This document shows, piece after piece, positions 57,481-64,000 of a stretch of DNA of 64,000 bases. The stretch is from Negaprion brevirostris (taxonomy: Eukaryota), in the NCBI GenBank assembly GCA_030324005.1, contig JARDVH010000042.1, forward strand, positions 68,464,354-68,528,353. Reading direction: 5' to 3'. Within the stretch, counting starts at the first letter, position 1; every line of letters begins with the position of its first letter. The notes below the pieces were generated by a model. The model was not told the DNA's origin, ran no database searches, and saw nothing but the letters and a program-made list of their open reading frames with translations. A program made the translations under genes and the position numbers.

Positions 57481-60400
57481 TAGGAACAAATTCCATCCAA
57501 TATATAATATAAATATTGTTCAGTGCAAGCAATTTCAAATATGTCATTTAACTGATATCTTTCTTATTTCAAAGTATGTAAATAATACTGGTGATGCACT
57601 TGGGTAATTATAATTTTAAAACATCTGAAGCACAATGAGCTGAAATACAGCAATATTTGACGAGCAAAGCACTAATCATTAAACAAACAAGGGTGCAAGG
57701 TATGACTTACCCTTCAGAGGTGGCCTTTTGTATTAGACTAAGTTTTGTGGATCTTGGGAAGCTACTGATCTTATGACATTTCAGTTCCATTAAAATTCAG
57801 ATTCTGTTAAAGAATGTAAATGTTAACATCTCTTCTGCAGACACATGTAAATGTTATTATTTCTTTCATCTGTCAGGAGGGAAGTGTACATGAACACTTA
57901 CATGACATTGTTCACAGTTACTCCAGAGCAGTGTATGAATTGAAGACATTATTGTTATGGTGTAATTTGAGGTTCTTTTACAACTGGCTGGATTTACATA
58001 GGGATTTAGACTAGCAAACAAAAGTTTCACAGGAACTATAATGCAAACATTTAATGTGAAGCTGGATTACCGACTGGCTGCCACATTTCACTCTCTACCA
58101 ATCCCATTTACACCAACTGTCAAAATGGTTTCCATATGCATTAGAAAAATGATTGTCTGTTTATTTTAGTGTCTGCAGTAACAAAGTGCAGTTGAAGGCT
58201 GGAAGTAAGATTCAGCATATACAGAATGGATTTCGATACATCACAAAGCTAGATGTCCAGGTGTTACGATATGTATTTGTTTGAACTGTGTGAGATTTCC
58301 AAGCTGGTTAAGTGCAAATCTTTTCTGATCTGAAAGTTACACAAAATATTCAATTATAAGAAAAGAAAAAAACGTCAGCGTAAAATTCCCAACTGGATTG
58401 GAGATTTAATTTTAATTAGATTGAATAGGGCCCTTTTCTGTACTTTGTGTAATGACACCTTTTGCAAACAATTCGGTGATAGTGAGTAAGTGGCCACCTT
58501 GTGAACGCTTTGGCTAATCATGTATTTTGGATTGAACTTAATGGGCAATAGAAAATGGCACAAAGTCTAATCTTTAATATTAATGACTCATTAACATTCC
58601 ACTTGTCAAAACTGCACAATTCTACTCCCATAATTTCATTAATTAAATCATTTTTACTTTTTAGTTAAATCATTCTATCCATCACCTTAAAATGTTCATT
58701 CTGCCACTGTTGCTGTGTGGACCATCTACAAGATGCACTGAATTCAGCAACTTGCCAACATTCTGTTGACAGTACCTTCCAAGCCGGTGACCTCTACTAT
58801 CAGGTCAACTGTTGCTCAGTTGCTCTGTGTATGCTTTGGTCAGTGGAGGGTGTTGTGACTGCATGAAATTCTCGACTTAGCCTGAAACCTACCTTAAAAT
58901 TTTGAATATGCCTATCAGATATCTTCTCCACCCCTTAGATGTAGTTTCTCTGAGCTGTCCTGCCACCATATGCCCTTTCTGCCTGGTATATAGGGAGTAG
59001 GGAATTTTCTGCGGTCAGTGAATCATTAGCTGGATGGGGTTCATTTTAACTCATTACCAAAAAACTAGATTAGAATGAATTCCTTTTTACACAGAGGATG
59101 AGTGCTTGGCCAGTTATAATGGTGGAAGCAAAAATTCTGAATCAGTTTTAAAAGCAAATTGCATAAATATAGGAAAAATGTATTATTTTACAGATGTGGC
59201 GAAGAATAAAAGAATGAGATTAAGTGGTAGTCTTTAATTAATGAGTGAAGAGTTTGCTTTTATGAAGTATAATTCAATAATTGTGCGCTATAAATACAAA
59301 GCTGAGCACATCATTGTGGTGATTGTACTTCTGTTTTGGTGTAGGATAGCCTCATGTTCATCTAGGGATGTGATAGTTACTAGGTAAAAAGTAAATTCAT
59401 TCTTCCTTTCCTAATCACAATATGCCAGTTTAACATTGATTGTAAAAAAAGATTGCTCCATGAGTTACGTGCATTCACAAAACATCCTCTTTACCCCTCA
59501 GACTACTCAAACTAGTCTCAAAGCAATTCTTCCCTGTTGTGTTATATCTTGGTTTCATGGGTAGACTTTCTTTTTTGAATGTCTGAAAACCTCTGGAATG
59601 AACAGTTTCAATATTTATTGAAACCATTTCTTATAATCAAAAGAGCCCAGCAAATGAATATTAACTGCCAATGCATCAAGATATTTTGTTCAGTTTTTAA
59701 AATAAATAGTATCGTTCAGCTAATGTGAAGAGAATTTCACGTAGTGTTTGTCAATTCTTAAATGTGAGAAGATAAAATCATTGCTTAACATCATTTGATC
59801 ACCGTGAGATTACATTGAGAGTACTCCTGAGCACAGGAATGACAAGAATCCATGTAAATCAGATGGTAGGAATTACAAAATCTCTTCTATCTAATCACTC
59901 ATCCAGCTAGATGTATCATGATATTTTGACAAACTGGAACAATTCCCTAGTAAATGTCTTCCGACTGAGCTTTGCAAAAAGGCAATCAGCAGGTTCATGT
60001 ATCACGTTGTGAGTAATAACAATTAAACATAGAAACTAATTAAAGACTGTGATCTGGAGTTGCATGGTAATATGGAATCCACCATAAAGCTTTCCTAGCT
60101 TCATGAATTAAGGAAAATAAATAGTAAATGATATGACTGAGTGGCTCATCTCTTTCAGATGCATTTTTAATGTATGATTTTAAAACAATGTGCTCACGTT
60201 ATTTTTGATCATAAATGTATGATGATGTTTTCTTCCTAATTACAGTCCCAAGTACCATTTCCTAACAGGTGAGACTTGTGCTCTCTTTCCGTCCCCCCCC
60301 CAGCTGTTCTTGTGATCTGCAAAAGGTACAGTTCAGCCTTGTATTTGCATCCGTTTGCTGACCTGGCACCAGCTCTAGCACTCCTCCCATCAGTCTGCCG

Positions 60401-60789
60401 TTCTCATCATTAAGCCAACTTCTGCTGCTTTCTGAGGCTGTTTCCTTCAGTCTTCAATGTCACATTTCCCCTTTCCCTCCTGCTCCATTCCTAATCATTG
60501 TTGCTCAATTGCTCCAAACCTCAAGGGCAATATTTAAATTCGTTTAGCTGGTGTTGTTGACTTGATTTGTGTTATGATCGTTGGTCAGACCTCCAACAGG
60601 CAAACTGCAGTTGAACACATCACATTGCACAATAAATGGCAAACGAGACCAAAACAGATTCCATGGATTTCCGAACAACTCATCTAGACATCCATAATAC
60701 TGTGAGTCAAACAATGTGATTGAAAATTTGGACAGCATTTTCTGTGCAACCTGCTGCTGTTTCATGGTGATAGAGGAAGCCCCAGTTGG

Positions 60790-60933
60790 CCAGCACCAGG
60801 ATCCTTTGGTTCTGCCATTATCAATGGGGTTTCCCATTGAATGCGCCCCTCATCGCTGGTAAACCTGTGGCTGGGGAATGCTGTCAGCAGGACTGGAAAA
60901 TACCGTTGGCACGAATGATGGGAGAATTCTGAC
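60790..60933. mobile_element. MITE family A
   Basis: Shares gtttcccattgaatgc...aaacctgtggc with 25438-25620. Confidence 0.6.
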
Positions 60934-60956
60934 CTTTGTCTTTCTTGCAAGGGTTT

Positions 60957-61134
60957 CAAAGAACAAAGAACAAAATCAGCCCGGGAAACAGGCCCTTCGA
61001 CCCAACGAGCCCGCGCCGCCATCTCAACACCACCAGTCCCCCTCTCCCCCCACGACTCCTGTCTAATGTTTTATGGCCATCCAGATTGAGGGAAACTGAT
61101 TTAGGGACAATTTATTCCTGCCAATCAGCCTAAC
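60957..61134 (-). mobile_element. SINE/CR1 3' tail running into a gap
   Basis: agaacaaagaac...acaggcccttcgaccc...gggacaattta..gccaatcagcctaac. Confidence 0.65.
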
Positions 61135-62104
61135 NNNNNNNNNNNNNNNNNNNNNNNNNNNNNNNNNNNNNNNNNNNNNNNNNNNNNNNNNNNNNNNNNN
61201 NNNNNNNNNNNNNNNNNNNNNNNNNNNNNNNNNNCATTGGACACGAGGTGGACCGACTTAAAACCTGTGAATGGAATTCTCTCCAAAGGTTGTTCCAACT
61301 CAGATGGCCTCAATGGTGGTCTATTTTGCAGGATTTCAAAGTTGCCTTCTGAGATCCTGTTACTTTGGATTCCCAAGTACACTCGAAAAGGCAACTCACA
61401 AACACAATTTCAACTCTCTGGCTGTGCCAAACAGAACATCTCGGCTCCAAAGAAGGACCATTGTCCCAATGGTCCACAGCATGGAGTCCCAAACTTATGT
61501 TGCCATCTTGGATCTTCAGGGTTTCTCTTTATTCCTCTTCAATTGACAGACTCCGCCTTGGCAACAACAATGGCCCATCTCTAGTGTTTCAATCTCATCT
61601 CCTCAGATTCTGTTCCTTTGGATTCCTGAGTAGGCACCCACACGTCAAGTTACAGGCACAATTTCAGATCTTAGGCCACGACAAGTGGAACATTTCTCTT
61701 CCAAAGTGGTACCTTTGGCCCAGTTGCCCTCTTCAATCACCAGAGTTTCTCCTGAGTTCGTATGCTCCCTGCAGCCCTTTCTGTAATTTGTAGCCTGTTT
61801 CTCTGCTCCTTTGAATTTAACTGGGGCCTGTTTTTGTTCCTGACTTTGCCCCTTATCTGGCCCTTCCTTTATGGGTTCTCTTCCATCCTGTTTCTTCTGT
61901 TTGAGACCTATTCCTGCCCCTGTCCCTTGTCCCTTACCTGAGACACTTGCTGGCTATGGCACGCCACCTCTACTCACCTGACCAGTGATTTTTCTGATAC
62001 CTTTCTTATTTCCTTTGTCCACAGGCACATGGGACTTGTCCGAGGACTGAAGAATATAAATATGTGGAACTGTGCATGTATTGCCTGCTTCTGGCTAGTG
62101 CATG

Positions 62105-62290
62105 CATTTTGCATGGCCAATCCGTCTAGCCTGCGCATCTTTAGACTGTGGGAGGAAACTGGACTACCTGGAGGAAACCCAGTCAGACAGAGGGAGAATG
62201 TGCAAAATACACACAGTCACCGAAAGCCAAATTGAACCTGGATCCCTGACAATGTCACAGCAGTGCTAACCACTGTGCACCGTCCTGCCC
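62105..62290 (-). mobile_element. HE1-type SINE 5' part
   Basis: - strand GGGCAGGACGGTGCACAGTGGTTAGCACTGCTG...CCAGGTTCAATT. Confidence 0.85.
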
Positions 62291-62314
62291 CAACCGTGAT
62301 CTGCAGAGGTGTGG

Positions 62315-62905
62315 TCCCACTCCTCGTCAGCAAGCTCAAGGGCTCATTCCTTGAAAGGGGTAAGGGTCTTGAGGTCTGGCATCACTCTGGCTGGTTGTGC
62401 CTGCTCACACCAGTTGTACTTGAGTTGGTCCTGCAATGAGATAGATGGGGAGAATGTAGGCAAGAACCATGCCAGATCAGATGGCAAAGTATTCAGGTAT
62501 ACATGGTGGGGAGGGGGGGGTGCGGTGTGTGAGTGGAAGCAGGGGTGTGAGGATCAGAGTAGATACTGGGAGGATTATGGGGAGGGGAGGGCAGCATAGC
62601 CAATGCTGAGACCCCACAAGATGACTGGGAGTGAGATCACTGTGGAGGTGTATACTGTGTGTTAAGGGATGCTGCGCGAGACATGAGGAGGCAGACATAA
62701 CCTGGCTGCAGGAAGAAGGACATTCATCTCNNNNNNNNNNNNNNNNNNNNNNNNNNNNNNNNNNNNNNNNNNNNNNNNNNNNNNNNNNNNNNNNNNNNNN
62801 NNNNNNNNNNNNNNNNNNNNNNNNNNNNNNCATCTCCTTCCAGCGCCACAGCCCTGTCCTCTGATGAGCTGGCACCAACAATCGCGGCCATAGTTTCCCG
62901 GTGTG
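62315..62905 (-). mobile_element. Harbinger Myb/SANT-like second ORF remnant with a GT-AG intron (62431-62701)
   Basis: ETMAAIVGASS..RT..RWKEMNVLLPAAR|gt ... ttgcag|DQLKYNWCE...PDLKTLTPFKE*ALELA resembles the recalled pattern WxxVAxxVSA..R..QCRKKxNDL..AR / EKxAHN..TGGG.P...LT..EE.ALE. Confidence 0.55.
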
Positions 62906-62961
62906 GTTGCTGATCTTACTGACAGATATTTGGCTGACTGGTAGATAGACTTCTGTCTCTG

Positions 62962-63018
62962 CTGGATCCCTGGCACTGTGAGGCAGCAACGCTAACCACT
63001 GTGCCACCTATGCTGCCC
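62962..63018 (-). mobile_element. HE1-type SINE head fragment
   Basis: - strand GGGCAGCATAGGTGGCACAGTGGTTAGCGTTGCTGCCTCACAGTGCCAGGGATCCAG. Confidence 0.8.
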
Positions 63019-63540
63019 TACATAGTTCTATTTACTTCATGGCTTCAAAACCTTGAATGATAGTCCTCAGAAAATTTGTGCAGTCATTCTGGCAGCCATC
63101 TCTCCCAGTTGGACTTGGAACAAGTACTGGGGAGGTGTTTAAATGGTGTGTCTCACTGATTGCAGCCATTATGTTGTAGCGGAGTGAATCAGAAGCAGGC
63201 CATCATGGGCACAGCATGAAACTCGTGTGAAAAAGAATTCTTAAAGAGGCTGAATATACACCCGCCTTTCCCACAATAGCGCTGATGGGAATCTCCCCAG
63301 TTTTCTTGCCACTGAGACCAACACTTAGAAAAATATCAGCAAGTAGCACCCGAAGGGAGTAATCTGGTATCCATATAAGTTTCAGTGAATATAAAGTGAA
63401 TATCAGGAAAGTATGAATTAAGCTAGTAGTCCTACAGTTTTCTCTTGGTTATATTAGTGCCTTTGTCTATGAGATTTTTTAAGAGAATTTAATTTGATAG
63501 TTTGGCCACCATTCAAGACCAAAGTAAATAGAACTATATA

Positions 63541-63720
63541 GGGCACATAGGTGGCACAGTGATTGGCGCTGCTGACTCCAACGTCAGGGACCCAGGTTCT
63601 ATTCCAGGCTTGGATCACTGTCTGTGTGGAGTTTGCACATTCTCCCTGCGTCTGCATGGGTTTCCTCTGGGTGCTCTGGTTTCCTCTCATAGTCCAAAGA
63701 TGTGCAGGTTAGATGGATTA
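63541..63720 (+). mobile_element. HE1-type SINE, 3'-truncated
   Basis: ggtggcacagtg...gacccaggttctattcc...gtgtggagtttgcacattctcc. Confidence 0.85.
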
Positions 63721-63889
63721 TGAAAGCATTGACACATATTTTCTAGAGAAACTAATTTCACATCAATTGGGTAGAGGGAACAAAGCTAATTAAAATGAAT
63801 TTGTGTAAAGCAATTGAAGGGTTAGGAAAATAATAGTGAATATCCACAAGATGAATAGAAGTAAGTGAAGGTCTGAAAAACTGTTTAAT

Positions 63890-64000
63890 GCTTATTTATT
63901 ACTGTCACAAGTTGGCTTACATTAACACTGCAATAAAGTTACTGTGAAAACCTCCTAGTCACCACACTCTGGTGCCTGTTCGGGTATACTGAGGGAATGT
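63890..64000 (-). mobile_element. SINE 3' tail (same family as 20..327), runs off the window
   Basis: tgtcacaagttggcttacattaacactgcaataaagttactgtgaaaacctcctagtc. Confidence 0.85.

Overview
Eukaryotic genomic DNA with many N gaps, most likely a shark or other elasmobranch, judged from HE1-type tRNA SINEs, SacSINE1/Deu-type SINEs and abundant CR1. The only host gene is the 3' part of a Groucho/TLE co-repressor, best matching TLE4. Its ten + strand coding exons (770..20796, all GT-AG, frame-consistent) total 1527 nt = 508 aa + stop and cover CcN/SP regions and the full WD40 domain. The remaining ~43 kb has no recognisable gene. It holds decayed CR1, RTE, L2, Rex1, Penelope, Gypsy and PIF/Harbinger elements, plus unique stretches that look like vertebrate enhancers. 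The most notable observations are: three short TSD-flanked Penelope-type elements with degenerate minimal hammerhead ribozymes and/or fold-back ends; an AG|GTAAGT recursive-splice-like penultimate TLE exon whose skipping gives an NMD-escaping truncated protein; a 4-nt tandem donor; and Pbx-Hox/Meis motif clusters downstream. I see no convincing wholly new biological system. Family names and comparisons with human TLE proteins are from memory, not database searches, and repeat boundaries are approximate.
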